Source: Cycloclasticus sp. 46_120_T64 (GTDB lineage: Bacteria; Pseudomonadota; Gammaproteobacteria; Methylococcales; Cycloclasticaceae). Taken from it: a stretch of 64,000 nt of DNA. The position numbers were made by a program, and so were the translations under genes. The first letter of the stretch is position 1. Each line of letters begins with the position of its first letter. A model generated the notes under the pieces. It made no database searches. It saw only the letters and a list, made by a program, of their open reading frames with translations, and was not told the origin of the DNA. Shown piece after piece: positions 48,242 to 59,428 of this stretch. The DNA is taken from assembly GCA_002162695.1 (NCBI GenBank), contig MAAM01000013.1, positions 14,510-78,509 of the forward strand. Direction: 5' to 3'.

Positions 48242-50308
48242 TTAGTCGATATCTTTCATACTTAAACGCACACGGCCTTGACGATCTACCTCAAGAACCT
48301 TAACTTTCACAACATCGCCTTCAGCTAGTTTATCACTAACTTTTTCAACACGGTCTTCTGAAATTTGCGAGATATGAACCAAACCATCTTTGCCCGGTAA
48401 AATCGATACAAATGCACCGAAGTCCATTAAACGAACAACCTTACCTTCGTAAATACGACCAACTTCAACTTCAGCGGTAATATCTTCAATACGCTTGAGG
48501 GCTTTTTCACCCGCTACACGATCAACAGAAGCAACCTTTACCAAACCATCATCAGTGATATCGATAGCAGCGCCAGTTTCTTCGGTAATGGCACGAATAG
48601 TTACGCCGCCTTTACCAATCACATCACGGATTTTAGCTGGGTCAATTTTAAGCGTTAAGATTCTTGGTGCGAAATCAGACATTTCATTACGAGGTGTCGC
48701 TAACACTTCATTCATCTTATCTAGAATATGTAAACGACCTTCTTTAGCTTGATCTAAAGCCTTAGACATAATCTCACTAGTAATGCCTTTGATCTTGATA
48801 TCCATTTGCAACGCAGTGATACCCGCATCTGTACCAGACACTTTAAAGTCCATGTCACCTAAGTGATCTTCATCACCCATGATGTCAGACAACACAGCAT
48901 AGTCTTCGCCTTCTTTGATCAGACCCATAGCGATACCAGCAACAGGCGCCTTAGTAGGAACACCCGCATCCATCAACGCCAAACTTGTACCACAAGTACT
49001 TGCCATTGAGCTAGAACCGTTAGATTCAGTTACTTCAGCCACTACGCGCAATACGTATGAGAAATCTTCTTGGCTTGGTAATACTGCTTGCATGCCTCTT
49101 TTTGCTAAACGACCATGGCCAATTTCACGTCTTTTAGGTGAACCAACAAAACCAGTTTCACCAACGCAATATGGAGGGAAGTTATAATGCAACATGAAGT
49201 GATCACGATACTCACCTTCAACCGCATCAATCATTTGTGCGTCACGATCAGTACCTAAGGTTGCAACAACCAAGGCCTGAGTTTCGCCACGAGTAAATAA
49301 TGCAGAACCGTGCACACGCGGTAACACGCCTGTACGTACTGAAATTTCACGAACGGTCGCTAAATCACGACCATCAATACGTTTTTGAGTAGAAAGCACT
49401 AACGTTCTTACGTGTTTCTTTTCAAGTGAAGCAAAAATATCTTTTACTTCATCCGTATTCTCGTCTTCAAGTTGTGCAAGCACTTCTTTACGCACTTCTT
49501 TTAACTTAGTTTGGCGATCTAGCTTAACAAGAATCGTATAAGCATCTTCAATACCGGCTGTTGCCAATGTCGAAACTTTTTCAGCCAGAGTTAAATCAGT
49601 TGCAGGAGCAACCCATTCCATACGAGGTTTACCCGTTTCTTCAGCCAATTCAGTAATTGCTTGAATAGCCACTTGCATTTGCTCATGACCATAAGTCACA
49701 GCGCCTAGCATAATGTCTTCTGCAAGACAGTCAGCTTCAGACTCAACCATTAATACAGCATCCGAAGTACCCGCAACAACCAAGTCTAGCTTAGATGATT
49801 CCATCGCTGACTTAACTGGGTTCAATACATACTGATCATTAATATAAGCAACACGAGCAGCACCAATAGGGCCATCAAATGGCAAGCCAGAAATGGCCAG
49901 TGCTGCAGAAGCGCCTAATAAGGCAGGAATATCAGGATCAACTTCTGGGTTTAACGATACAACCGTTGCGATGATTTGCGTTTCGTTTTTGTAACCCTTA
50001 GGAAACAAAGGACGAATTGGACGATCGATGAGTCGTGAAGTTAGTGTTTCTTTTTCACTTGGACGACCTTCTCTTTTGAAGAAACCACCGGGGATTTTAC
50101 CCGCAGCATAGGTTTTTTCTTGGTAATTAACGGTTAATGGGAAAAACGAATTATTTTCGCCACCTTCACGTTTACCAACAGCTGTCACCAATACAATGGT
50201 TCCATCTATTTCTACCAGTACCGCGCCATCAGCTTGGCGAGCGACTTCGCCCGTTTCAAACTTAACAACCTGGTCACCAAATTGAAATTCTTTTTTTACT
50301 AGATTCAC
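48242..50308 (-). CDS. pnp: Polyribonucleotide nucleotidyltransferase (PNPase), GTG start
   Basis: The 688-aa ORF has two RNase PH domains plus KH and S1 domains. Confidence 0.97.
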   Translation of the reverse strand: MNLVKKEFQFGDQVVKFETGEVARQADGAVLVEIDGTIVLVTAVGKREGGENNSFFPLTVNYQEKTYAAGKIPGGFFKREGRPSEKETLTSRLIDRPIRPLFPKGYKNETQIIATVVSLNPEVDPDIPALLGASAALAISGLPFDGPIGAARVAYINDQYVLNPVKSAMESSKLDLVVAGTSDAVLMVESEADCLAEDIMLGAVTYGHEQMQVAIQAITELAEETGKPRMEWVAPATDLTLAEKVSTLATAGIEDAYTILVKLDRQTKLKEVRKEVLAQLEDENTDEVKDIFASLEKKHVRTLVLSTQKRIDGRDLATVREISVRTGVLPRVHGSALFTRGETQALVVATLGTDRDAQMIDAVEGEYRDHFMLHYNFPPYCVGETGFVGSPKRREIGHGRLAKRGMQAVLPSQEDFSYVLRVVAEVTESNGSSSMASTCGTSLALMDAGVPTKAPVAGIAMGLIKEGEDYAVLSDIMGDEDHLGDMDFKVSGTDAGITALQMDIKIKGITSEIMSKALDQAKEGRLHILDKMNEVLATPRNEMSDFAPRILTLKIDPAKIRDVIGKGGVTIRAITEETGAAIDITDDGLVKVASVDRVAGEKALKRIEDITAEVEVGRIYEGKVVRLMDFGAFVSILPGKDGLVHISQISEDRVEKVSDKLAEGDVVKVKVLEVDRQGRVRLSMKDID

Positions 50309-50334
50309 TATTTATGCCTGCCTATTAATTAACT

Positions 50335-50604
50335 TTATTTTCTTAAGCCTAAACGCGCAATTAGTGCACGGTAACGCTCAATGTCTTTACCTTTTAAGTA
50401 ATCAAGAAGTTTACGGCGTCTATTAATGATTCTTAATAGTCCTTGACGTGAGTGATGATCTTTTTTGTTCTCAGAAAAATGCGGCGTCAAATGATTGATT
50501 CTCCCCGTTAACAAAGCAACTTGAACCTCTGGAGATCCTGTATCACCTTCTGATAACGCATATTCTTTAACAATTTCTTGCTTTTGTTCTGTACCGAACG
50601 ACAT
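50335..50604 (-). CDS. rpsO: 30S ribosomal protein S15
   Basis: The 89-aa ORF reads [24 protein letters not shown]...HHSRQGLL. Confidence 0.98.
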   Translation of the reverse strand: MSFGTEQKQEIVKEYALSEGDTGSPEVQVALLTGRINHLTPHFSENKKDHHSRQGLLRIINRRRKLLDYLKGKDIERYRALIARLGLRK

Positions 50605-50701
50605 ATTTCTTACTCCGACTATATTATTTTAAAAAACAATGCATTGTACTCTTGACACAAGAGGCTCACAAGCACAAAGATAAAACATCTACTTGAGGGC
50701 G

Positions 50702-51610
50702 TTAGGCGAAAATCCGAACGGGGGCTAATTGAGCCACGCCACTCCACTTACCTAAACCAAATATTTCTCCGCCTGGACTATTCAAACGAATTAACGGTTC
50801 CTCACAAAGACCGTCAAAAGCCACTTGACGCCCCATACATAAATCACTCTTTTGCTGTTCACTACAGCTAATTGATGGGTAGTCTAACAAGGCCACATCC
50901 AAACTCAACAGCAAGTCATCAAGTGCCGGCCAATCGCCCGCATGCGCTTCAAGTTGCTCCAAGCTCAGCGAGTCATTTAGCAAAAAGGGTCCTGTCTTGA
51001 TCCGCCGTAAAAAAGTCACATGTCCACCGCAACCCAAGGCTTCACCCAAGTCTTCAGCGAGAGTCCGCACATAAGTTCCTTTCGTGCAGCAAACTTCAAG
51101 GGTCAAACTATCGGCACTGTGACTGAGTAATACCAATGATTTGATCGTCACTTCACGCGCAGGCCTTTCGACCACCTGCCCAGCTCGCGCCAAGGCATAG
51201 AGCCGCTGACCATTATGCTTTAACGCCGAATACATCGGCGGTACTTGCTGAATAACACCATGAAATGAATCCAACAAGGCATTGATTTGATTGAGGTCTA
51301 TTTTGCTAACAGGGCGTTCAAGCAGGATATCGCCTTCAACATCCCCCGTGGTGGTGGTTTGCCCAAGCTGCATAGTAAATTGGTAACTTTTATCGGAAGC
51401 CAATAAGTACTGTGAAATCTTCGTTGCATGACCCAAACAAATAGGTAATACACCCGAGGCCAAGGGATCTAAGCTACCCGTATGACCGACTTTTTTAGCA
51501 CCAAAAAGGCGTTTGATACGCTGAACAGCGTGATTTGATGAAATATTTAGCGGCTTATCTAAAATAATAATACCGCTAATATCACGACCCTTCTTAATTC
51601 GTTGGGCCAC
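50702..51610 (-). CDS. truB: tRNA pseudouridine-55 synthase
   Basis: The 302-aa ORF carries the motif KVGHTGSLDPLASGVLPI. Confidence 0.95.
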   Translation of the reverse strand: MAQRIKKGRDISGIIILDKPLNISSNHAVQRIKRLFGAKKVGHTGSLDPLASGVLPICLGHATKISQYLLASDKSYQFTMQLGQTTTTGDVEGDILLERPVSKIDLNQINALLDSFHGVIQQVPPMYSALKHNGQRLYALARAGQVVERPAREVTIKSLVLLSHSADSLTLEVCCTKGTYVRTLAEDLGEALGCGGHVTFLRRIKTGPFLLNDSLSLEQLEAHAGDWPALDDLLLSLDVALLDYPSISCSEQQKSDLCMGRQVAFDGLCEEPLIRLNSPGGEIFGLGKWSGVAQLAPVRIFA

Positions 51611-51613
51611 GTT

Positions 51614-51982
51614 TTATTTCTCATTTTCTGGATTAGTTGCCCGTAGCAACGCATCCATTTTAATACCTTGTTCGATTGATTCGTCCAAGAAGAAGCGCAA
51701 CTCAGGAACCATTCTCATACGCATTCTTTTAGAAACGATGCCATGAATATAATTAGACGCCCGATTCAACGCAACGATACTCGCCGCCTTATCTTGATTT
51801 TGCTGCGAGGTCGTTAACACGCTGATATAGACTTTAGCAATCGCCAAGTCCTTAGTCACCTCGACCCCACTCACCGTCGCAAAACCGACTTCCGGGTCCT
51901 TAACTTCGCGCTGCAGAACCTCAGCCAACTCACGCTGTAACTGACGTTCTACCCGCTGAAACCTTAGAAATTCTCTAGCCAT
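51614..51982 (-). CDS. rbfA: Ribosome-binding factor A
   Basis: This 122-aa ORF sits in the conserved position between infB and truB. Confidence 0.93.
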   Translation of the reverse strand: MAREFLRFQRVERQLQRELAEVLQREVKDPEVGFATVSGVEVTKDLAIAKVYISVLTTSQQNQDKAASIVALNRASNYIHGIVSKRMRMRMVPELRFFLDESIEQGIKMDALLRATNPENEK

Positions 51983-51985
51983 AAC

Positions 51986-54751
51986 TTACAGTTTACGCTT
52001 TACTTCAACACGTTCAAAGACTTCGATTTGATCGCCTTCTTGAACATCGTTGTAGTTTTTAACACCGATACCACACTCCATGCCGTTCTTAACCTCAGGC
52101 ACATCATCTTTAAAGCGTCGTAACGACTCAAGTTGCCCTTCGTAAATAACCACGCTTTCACGCAACACACGAATAGGCAAATCACGTTTAACATAACCCT
52201 CGGTCACCATACAACCCGCGATAGCACCCAACTTAGGTGATTTAAATACATCCCGTACATTGGCAATACCAACGATCTGTTCTCTAATTTCTGGGGCTAA
52301 CAAGCCAGACAAGGCATCTCTTACGTCATCGATAACATCATAAATGATGCTGTAATAACGCACTGAAACGCCTCGGTTTTCAATCATTCGACGCGCACTC
52401 GCATCGGCACGGGTATTAAAACCAATAATTAAAGCATCCGAAGTCGCCGCTAAATTCACGTCACTTTCATTAATACCACCAATGCCGCCAGCAACCACTG
52501 CAACCTTCACTTCATCCGTTGATAACTTCAACAACGAACTGGTCAGCGCTTCCAAGCTACCGTGCACATCGGTTTTAATGAGTACATTCAAGGTAGAGAA
52601 TTCACCCTCTTCCATTTGCGAGAAGGCTTGTTCTAACTTAGCTGCCTGCTGCTTAGCTTGTCTAGCTTGCCTTGTTTTAATTTGACGGAACTCAGCAATT
52701 TCACGCGCTTTACGCTCATTCGGCGCAGCATACACTTCAACGCCGGCTTCAGTCGCATTTGATAAACCAAGCACCTCTACAGGCACCGCAGGAGTCGCCA
52801 GCTTAATCGCCTTACCGTGTTCATCAAACATCGCTTTAACACGGCCATGAGCTTCACCAGCAACAATGTAGTCGCCCATTTTAAGGGTACCTTTTTGCAC
52901 CAATACGGTTGCCACTGCACCACGTCCTTTATCTAAACGTGACTCGATCACACTACCGACTGCGGGTACATCGACTGGTGCAGTTAACTCTAATAACTCA
53001 GCCTGCAAGGCAATAGATTCTAACAATTCATCCACGCCGTCGCCGGTTAATGCTGAAATATTAACAAACTGGGTGTCACCACCCCAATCCTCTGGAGTTA
53101 CCTCAATTTGCGACAACTCATTTCTAACACGGTCAGGTTGAGCACCGTCTTTATCCATTTTGTTAACCGCAACAATCATCGGTACACCCGCTGAACGAGC
53201 ATGCTCAACGGCTTCTTTTGTTTGTGGCATCACACCATCATCAGCAGCAACCACCAAAATAACTAAATCGGTTACTTTTGCACCCCGTGCACGCATTGCG
53301 GTAAACGCAGCGTGACCCGGTGTATCAATAAAGGTCACCATACTATTACCCTGTTTCACTCGGTATGCACCGATATGCTGAGTAATACCACCTGATTCAC
53401 CCGCTGCCACACGGCTTTCACGAATGTAATCAAGCAAGGATGTTTTACCGTGATCGACGTGCCCCATGATCGTAACAACTGGACCGCGCGGTAATTCATC
53501 ACCATCTTGCTGAATCACGTCGGCTAACAGTTCCGCCTGAATATCTTCGTCACTGCGCAGCACAACGGTATGCCCCATCTCTTCTACCACGATAGAAGCC
53601 GTTTCTTGATCCAATGGCTGGTTAATCGTTGCCATTGTACCCAAGCCCATCAGGGTCTTGATCACTTCACCCGCTTTCACGTTCATCCGCTGAGCAAGAT
53701 CCGACACAATAATGCTTTCTGAAATTTCTACATTATAGGTAATTGTTTTTGTTGGGACTTCGAAACCATGTTTGCCATCTGACGCCACACGGATATCTCG
53801 ACTTTTATAAGTCCCCTTCTTCTTACGACGACCCTTTTTAGAGTCAACGTGCAAGGTTCTTCCGCCAGCAACCACGCCGCCTTTTTTCTTATCCGGCTTA
53901 CGGCTAAGATCTTTTGCAGGTTTTGCCTTTTTAGCCGCAGGTGTTTCAACTGCTTTTTTCGCAACAACGACTGGCTTTTTCTCTTCTTTTTTAGCTTCAA
54001 AAAGAACCGGTTTACGCACACTTCTGGCGTGCTGCACAACCCGACCTACTCGACTAGAAGGTTTTAATATATTTTTCTTTGCTAGCTGCTCGGCCTCTAG
54101 TGCTTTCTTAGCTAACTCTTCTTTAGCCAGCGCTTCCTGAGCGAGCTGCTCCTTAGCCGTTTGCTCTTTAGCTAATTCAGCAGCCGTATTTTCCTCAGCC
54201 TGTTTAGCCGCATCATCCGCCTTCTGAGCCGCTGCTTTCGCATCGCTAGCTTCTTGCGCCGCCGCTACTTCGGCTTGCCGCGCAAGCTCAGCAGACTCTT
54301 CCGCCCCTGATGGCTGACCGAGTCGCTCACGCTCTTTATCACGCGCGGCTTCTTTTTCAGCGACTAGCTGTTTATGTGCTTCAGCCGCTTGTTTTGCCTC
54401 GGCAAATTCCTTCGAACTCAAACCGGTTGCAATTTCATCAGCAGAGCGCGAACCGCCCTTCTTTTTGCGTACTTCAATGCTAACAGAACCCGCTCCACGG
54501 CCTTGTTTAGGCTGCTTCAACTCAGTCACCGTCGGCTTACGCTTTAGGGTCATTTTCTTTGGTACGGATTCGTCTTTTTTTGACTTTCCGTGGCTTTCTC
54601 GTAAATACGACAATAGTTTAACTTTATCGCTTTCACTCAAGGTTGAGGATATGCTTTTACCCTTAACGCCTGCGCTTTTTAATTGCTCGACTAACTTTTC
54701 AGCGGTGGTTTTAACAACTTTCGCTAAGTCTTGAACTGTAATATCGGCCAT
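51986..54751 (-). CDS. infB: Translation initiation factor IF-2
   Basis: The 921-aa ORF has the G domain [22 protein letters not shown] and NKMD. Its N-terminal region is a low-complexity Ala/Lys/Glu stretch. Confidence 0.97.
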   Translation of the reverse strand: MADITVQDLAKVVKTTAEKLVEQLKSAGVKGKSISSTLSESDKVKLLSYLRESHGKSKKDESVPKKMTLKRKPTVTELKQPKQGRGAGSVSIEVRKKKGGSRSADEIATGLSSKEFAEAKQAAEAHKQLVAEKEAARDKERERLGQPSGAEESAELARQAEVAAAQEASDAKAAAQKADDAAKQAEENTAAELAKEQTAKEQLAQEALAKEELAKKALEAEQLAKKNILKPSSRVGRVVQHARSVRKPVLFEAKKEEKKPVVVAKKAVETPAAKKAKPAKDLSRKPDKKKGGVVAGGRTLHVDSKKGRRKKKGTYKSRDIRVASDGKHGFEVPTKTITYNVEISESIIVSDLAQRMNVKAGEVIKTLMGLGTMATINQPLDQETASIVVEEMGHTVVLRSDEDIQAELLADVIQQDGDELPRGPVVTIMGHVDHGKTSLLDYIRESRVAAGESGGITQHIGAYRVKQGNSMVTFIDTPGHAAFTAMRARGAKVTDLVILVVAADDGVMPQTKEAVEHARSAGVPMIVAVNKMDKDGAQPDRVRNELSQIEVTPEDWGGDTQFVNISALTGDGVDELLESIALQAELLELTAPVDVPAVGSVIESRLDKGRGAVATVLVQKGTLKMGDYIVAGEAHGRVKAMFDEHGKAIKLATPAVPVEVLGLSNATEAGVEVYAAPNERKAREIAEFRQIKTRQARQAKQQAAKLEQAFSQMEEGEFSTLNVLIKTDVHGSLEALTSSLLKLSTDEVKVAVVAGGIGGINESDVNLAATSDALIIGFNTRADASARRMIENRGVSVRYYSIIYDVIDDVRDALSGLLAPEIREQIVGIANVRDVFKSPKLGAIAGCMVTEGYVKRDLPIRVLRESVVIYEGQLESLRRFKDDVPEVKNGMECGIGVKNYNDVQEGDQIEVFERVEVKRKL

Positions 54752-54776
54752 GTCTCTTTCTCCAGTTTTCTACTGC

Positions 54777-56279
54777 TTACTCAGCGAACCAAGGTTCACG
54801 TGCTTTCATAATAAGTGCAGTTGCACGCTCTTCATCTATATCGACCAATTCAAGCAGCTCATCATTTGCCAGCTCAGCCAAATCTTCCATCGTCACCACG
54901 CCTTTACTCGCTAATTCAAATGCGAACTCACGTCCGACACCTTCCATCTCTAGCAAGTCTTGAGCGGGCTCGTGTTGCTCCAACTCTTCTTCAGATGCAA
55001 TCGCTTTAATTAACAACGCATCTTTAGCTCGTTGCTGAATTTCATCAGCAATTTCTTCATCAAACTCTTCGATTTGTGCCAACTCCTCCAGTTCGGAAAA
55101 GCCAAGCTCATCGACATTGGTGTAACCTTCTTGCACGAGAATTAAGGCAACGTCTTCATCCACATCGATATCATCCATCAACTGCTTCACGTAACCTTCA
55201 GTTTCTGTGGCAACTCGTTCGTCGGCTTGTGTTTCGCTCATTACATTAAGCGTCCAACCCGTTAATTCACTCGCCAGGCGAACATTTTGTCCACCGCGAC
55301 CAATCGCTTGAGATAAGCTATCGTCTTTAACTGACACGTCCATGCTGTGGTTATCTTCATCCACAACAATCGACACAACATCGGCAGGCGACATCGCATT
55401 AATCACGTACTGCGCTTCATTTTCATCCCACAGGATAATATCAACACGCTCACCTGACAGCTCATTCGAAACTGCCTGTACACGTGAACCACGCATACCA
55501 ACACATGCGCCGACTGGGTCTAAACGCTGATCCCTAGACTTCACTGCTATTTTAGCACGTGAACCTGGGTCTCTAGCTGCGCCTAAAATCTCAATTAGGC
55601 CATCACCAACTTCTGGCACTTCTAACTTAAATAAGGCAATCAATAAATCAGAATCAGCACGGGTAACGGTTAACTGTGGGCCTCGCGTCACTTCGTCTAC
55701 GCTTTTCAAGTAACCTCGAATTCTATCGCCTACTCGAACCGCCTCACGAGGAATCATTTCTTCACGTGGAATAATCGCGTCAGCCATACCCTCAAGGTCG
55801 ATAAACACGTTACCTCGTTCGATGCGCTTAATTGCGCCTGTGACCAAGTCACCTACTTTATCTTTATAAAGCTCGTATACTTTTTTACGTTCGGCTTCTC
55901 TTACCTTTTGCACAATAACTTGTTTTGCAGCCTGCGCACCAATTCGACCAAACTCAGCAGCCTGAACCGGCTCTTCAATGAAGTCACCAACGACTAATTC
56001 GGCATCTTTTTGCTGAGCATCGGCCAATAAAATTTGCGCATCGGGGTTCTCTAAACCATCCTCAAACTCGGCATCATGCTCAACCACTTCCCAGCGACGG
56101 AAAGAATTGTAATCACCGGTAGACCGATCGATTTCTACACGTACATCAATATCTTCTTGATAGAGCTTTTTAGTGGCCATCGCCAACGCAGCTTCAATTG
56201 CTTCAAAAAGAACGCTTCTGTCGATCTCTTTTTCATTAGAGACGACATCAACAACCATCAAAATTTCTTTATTAGCCAT
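54777..56279 (-). CDS. nusA: Transcription termination/antitermination factor NusA
   Basis: The 500-aa ORF has S1 and two KH domains, plus two acidic C-terminal repeats typical of gammaproteobacteria. Confidence 0.97.
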   Translation of the reverse strand: MANKEILMVVDVVSNEKEIDRSVLFEAIEAALAMATKKLYQEDIDVRVEIDRSTGDYNSFRRWEVVEHDAEFEDGLENPDAQILLADAQQKDAELVVGDFIEEPVQAAEFGRIGAQAAKQVIVQKVREAERKKVYELYKDKVGDLVTGAIKRIERGNVFIDLEGMADAIIPREEMIPREAVRVGDRIRGYLKSVDEVTRGPQLTVTRADSDLLIALFKLEVPEVGDGLIEILGAARDPGSRAKIAVKSRDQRLDPVGACVGMRGSRVQAVSNELSGERVDIILWDENEAQYVINAMSPADVVSIVVDEDNHSMDVSVKDDSLSQAIGRGGQNVRLASELTGWTLNVMSETQADERVATETEGYVKQLMDDIDVDEDVALILVQEGYTNVDELGFSELEELAQIEEFDEEIADEIQQRAKDALLIKAIASEEELEQHEPAQDLLEMEGVGREFAFELASKGVVTMEDLAELANDELLELVDIDEERATALIMKAREPWFAE

Positions 56280-56299
56280 TCTAAACCCTGAATATTTTT

Positions 56300-56758
56300 T
56301 TAAAATTTAACGACAAGTTTTGCTCTTTTTATCAACGAAAATGGGATTTCAATCTCCTCTTCGTCGACGTGCAAATGAACCATATCACCCTTAACATCGA
56401 GTATGTCACCGGTGAATTTCCGTTGTCCTTCTAATGTAGCTTGACGTAACTCTAACTTAGTTAGCGAACCTTTAAAACGCTCAAAGTGAGCCAAGGTATA
56501 TAACGGACGTTCAAGACCGGGTGATGACACCTCAAGCCGATACTGCCCGCTGATCGGATCTTCAACATCCATCACACCGCTGATTTGGTGACTAACTTTC
56601 GAGCAATCCGTCACTAAGATACCATTCTCTGAATCAATATATACCAGCAATATCGATGACTTCCCCTGTCCGCTAAACTCCGCGCCGACGAATTCATAAC
56701 CCAGCCCGGTAACAATGGGCTCGATAAGTTCTAATATTTTGACTGGTGCTTGATTCAT
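56300..56758 (-). CDS. rimP: Ribosome maturation factor RimP
   Basis: This 152-aa ORF sits in the conserved position between metY and nusA. Confidence 0.92.
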   Translation of the reverse strand: MNQAPVKILELIEPIVTGLGYEFVGAEFSGQGKSSILLVYIDSENGILVTDCSKVSHQISGVMDVEDPISGQYRLEVSSPGLERPLYTLAHFERFKGSLTKLELRQATLEGQRKFTGDILDVKGDMVHLHVDEEEIEIPFSLIKRAKLVVKF

Positions 56759-56776
56759 TACTTATCCATTACGTAT

Positions 56777-56796
56777 AAAAAAAGGGCTAATAGCCC
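56777..56796 (-). terminator. Weak hairpin plus U7 immediately upstream of rimP (attenuator candidate)
   Basis: The minus strand reads GGGC-tatta-GCCC followed by T7. It ends 19 nt before the rimP ATG. Confidence 0.35.
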
Positions 56797-56843
56797 AATT
56801 ATTTTTTCGATTCTCATATGCTAAAACAGCATATCGCCGAAAC

Positions 56844-56864
56844 AAAAAAACCCCTGACGGGGCC
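56844..56864 (-). terminator. Hairpin plus U7 immediately downstream of tRNA-fMet (metY terminator/attenuator)
   Basis: The minus strand reads GGCCCC-GUCA-GGGGUU followed by T7. Confidence 0.45.
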
Positions 56865-56876
56865 TCTTCTATATCT

Positions 56877-56953
<77 letters not shown>

Positions 56954-56969
56954 TCCATTTGTGAGCAGT

Positions 56970-56998
56970 ATATTACCCAGATCATAGAACGATTACAA
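56970..56998 (-). promoter_or_regulatory. Candidate sigma70 promoter of metY-rimP-nusA-infB
   Basis: The minus strand reads TTGTAA-N17-TAATAT. The -10 ends 16 nt upstream of the tRNA 5' end. Confidence 0.4.
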
Positions 56999-57022
56999 GC
57001 CCTATTTCACTTATTTTAGTAA

Positions 57023-57517
57023 TTAAGCAATATAACTCATATATACATACAAACAGGCCGCTGCCATCAACCCTGCAAGAAGGTCATCCAGCATAATACC
57101 AAAACCACCACCAACCCTTCGATCCACCCAATTAATCGGCCAAGGCTTTAAAATATCAAACAACCTAAACAATACAAAACCCAGCAGCACATTCTGCCAA
57201 CTAAAGTCGACCCAATACATCGTTAATAAGTAACCAGCAATCTCATCCCAAACAATACCACCGTGATCATGCACCCCCAACTCTTTAGCCGCTTGCCCAC
57301 AAATCCAAATACCAGCAACGCACACCAGTAACAAGACCGGCAGATAATAAGCTGCTGGCAATGCCATCAGCGCACAATATATAGGTACAGCTGCCAAGGT
57401 TCCCATGGTACCCGGTGCTTTTTTCGCCAAACCCGAACCAAAACCAAACGCTAACATCTGTACTGGGTTTAATAATAACTGCTTAAATGTCGGTATTTTA
57501 TTCATCAAAATGCTCAT
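57023..57517 (-). CDS. pgpA: Phosphatidylglycerophosphatase A
   Basis: This is a 164-aa polytopic membrane protein carrying GSGLAKKAPGTMGTL...DHGGIVWDE. Confidence 0.9.
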   Translation of the reverse strand: MSILMNKIPTFKQLLLNPVQMLAFGFGSGLAKKAPGTMGTLAAVPIYCALMALPAAYYLPVLLLVCVAGIWICGQAAKELGVHDHGGIVWDEIAGYLLTMYWVDFSWQNVLLGFVLFRLFDILKPWPINWVDRRVGGGFGIMLDDLLAGLMAAACLYVYMSYIA

Positions 57518-58451
57518 AACCTTTATTCAACTCTCGGCTTTCACCACTCTGCTGAACCAGCCGCAAACCCAGATCTTCTTCAATAACACCAATTTTTGTT
57601 ATTTTAGTCCGCCCTTCTTTTTCTAGCGAACCCACATCAACACCCGCCGGCACGGTAAAACACAGCTGATAATCATCACCCGTAGCATAGGGCCAAAAAA
57701 CATCATCCAACTGCTTTACGTGCTCAACCACCGACTTAGTTAAAGGAACCGCAGAGTGCTCAATGCTTGCCCCCACATGACTAGCCGACAGAATATGATT
57801 CATATCGGCCGACAAACCATCCGAGATATCAATACAAGAGGTCGCCACCGATAACAAAGCCTGCCCAAGCTCCACACAGGGTTGCGGCCTTAAGTAGGCA
57901 GCCACATCAACATCAGTTAGGTCAGCCGCACCTGAACGCGCCTTCAATAAACCCAAACCGGCATTACCGAACGCGCCCGACACATAAACATCATCACCCA
58001 CACACGCACCCGATCGTGTCAAACGCTGCCCCGTTGGCAGTAAACCCATGATATTGATTGTAATTGATAAGGGCCCACGCGTTGTGTCCCCACCGATCAA
58101 GCGCAAGGAGTAACGACTCGCCAAGGCAAAAAAACCTTCAGTGAAAGCCGCCAACCAAGGTTCATCTATATTCGGCAAGGTAATCGCCAACGAAACCCAA
58201 GCAGGCGTCGCCCCCATCGCGGCCAAATCACTCAGGTTTACCGCGAGCACCTTATGACCCAAGTGCACGGGGTCGCTACCCGGCAGGAAATGCACCCCCT
58301 CTACGAGGGTGTCGGTACTGACCGCCAACTGATAGCCGGCAGGTACATCTAAAATCGCGCAGTCATCCCCGATACCAATAACCGGAGAATGACCATAGGC
58401 GGCATCAAGTTTAAAAAACTCACCTATGACAGAAAACTCAGTTAACGCCAT
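57498..58451 (-). CDS. thiL: Thiamine-monophosphate kinase
   Basis: This 317-aa AIR-synthase-like protein carries IGDDCAIL...STDTLVEGVHF. Confidence 0.92.
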   Translation of the reverse strand: MALTEFSVIGEFFKLDAAYGHSPVIGIGDDCAILDVPAGYQLAVSTDTLVEGVHFLPGSDPVHLGHKVLAVNLSDLAAMGATPAWVSLAITLPNIDEPWLAAFTEGFFALASRYSLRLIGGDTTRGPLSITINIMGLLPTGQRLTRSGACVGDDVYVSGAFGNAGLGLLKARSGAADLTDVDVAAYLRPQPCVELGQALLSVATSCIDISDGLSADMNHILSASHVGASIEHSAVPLTKSVVEHVKQLDDVFWPYATGDDYQLCFTVPAGVDVGSLEKEGRTKITKIGVIEEDLGLRLVQQSGESRELNKGYEHFDE

Positions 58452-58469
58452 GACCGCCTACGACTATCT

Positions 58470-58904
58470 TTATTTCTTAGTTTTAGCTTTTATTTCAGCC
58501 GCACGGTTCTTCTGTGCCAGCTTATCTAAAATACTATTCACATAAGCATGACTCTTTTCTGAACCAAAGCTTTTCGCTAAATTAATCGATTCATTAATAA
58601 TGACTCGGTACGGCACCTCTGGCTTAAAGAGCAACTCGAACGTACCCAAACGCAACACTGCTTTTTCGATAGGATCAATCTTCTCGAAGTCACGCGTAGT
58701 AAATTCAGTAATAGCCGCATCCAGTTCCTGCAAATTATCCATCACCCCGCCCACGAGAACTTCAAAATAAGCCTTATGGTATTTCGGTGTTTCTGGGTCT
58801 GCTTCAAATTGACGACTAAGCGTTAACAAGTCGTGATCAGTGACCTGCCACTGATACAAGGCTTGAAGCGCCACCTGTCTAGCATTACTTTTAGGCGAAC
58901 TCAT
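58470..58904 (-). CDS. nusB: Transcription antitermination factor NusB
   Basis: The 144-aa ORF begins [12 protein letters not shown]. It occupies the ribH-nusB position. Confidence 0.95.
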   Translation of the reverse strand: MSSPKSNARQVALQALYQWQVTDHDLLTLSRQFEADPETPKYHKAYFEVLVGGVMDNLQELDAAITEFTTRDFEKIDPIEKAVLRLGTFELLFKPEVPYRVIINESINLAKSFGSEKSHAYVNSILDKLAQKNRAAEIKAKTKK

Positions 58905-59380
58905 TCGCCGTCTATCACCTGTAATACATTAACCATCTCGATCGCCGACAAAGCCGCTTCAGCACCTTTATTGCCCGCCTTAGTTCCCGCTCTTTCTATC
59001 GCTTGCTCAATAGAATCTACCGTTAACACACCAAACGCAACAGGAATATCAGACTGCAACGAAACCGTCGCTAAACCTTTCGTTACTTCACCAGCAACGT
59101 GTTCAAAGTGTGGTGTGCCACCACGAATAACCGCACCCAAACCGATCACTGCATCGTACTTACCTTTGGCAGCAATACGTTGAGCGGCTAATGGCATTTC
59201 AAATGCACCCGGAACGCGTACTATCTCAATATCTTCGATCTTAGCACCGTGGCGCAGCAAGGTATCAATCGCCCCACCTTCCAACTGATCCACAATAAAA
59301 CTATTAAAACGTGCTACCAACAAACAGAAGCGTCCGCCGCTTACCGTCATATTACCTTCAATTACTTTTGCGTCCGACAT
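58901..59380 (-). CDS. ribH: 6,7-dimethyl-8-ribityllumazine synthase
   Basis: The 159-aa ORF reads [21 protein letters not shown]...VPGAFEMP...[12 protein letters not shown]. Confidence 0.96.
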   Translation of the reverse strand: MSDAKVIEGNMTVSGGRFCLLVARFNSFIVDQLEGGAIDTLLRHGAKIEDIEIVRVPGAFEMPLAAQRIAAKGKYDAVIGLGAVIRGGTPHFEHVAGEVTKGLATVSLQSDIPVAFGVLTVDSIEQAIERAGTKAGNKGAEAALSAIEMVNVLQVIDGE

Positions 59381-59428
59381 AAATCCATCCCAAATATGTT
59401 AATAATTAGCGTACAACCGTGTTTAACA

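Noticed and set aside
53900-54330. Imperfect AKEQL/AKEEL/AEQLAKK repeats in the N-terminal region of infB
   Set aside because: Low-complexity Ala/Lys/Glu-rich N-terminal domains are a normal, variable feature of proteobacterial IF-2. There is no evidence of anything beyond that.
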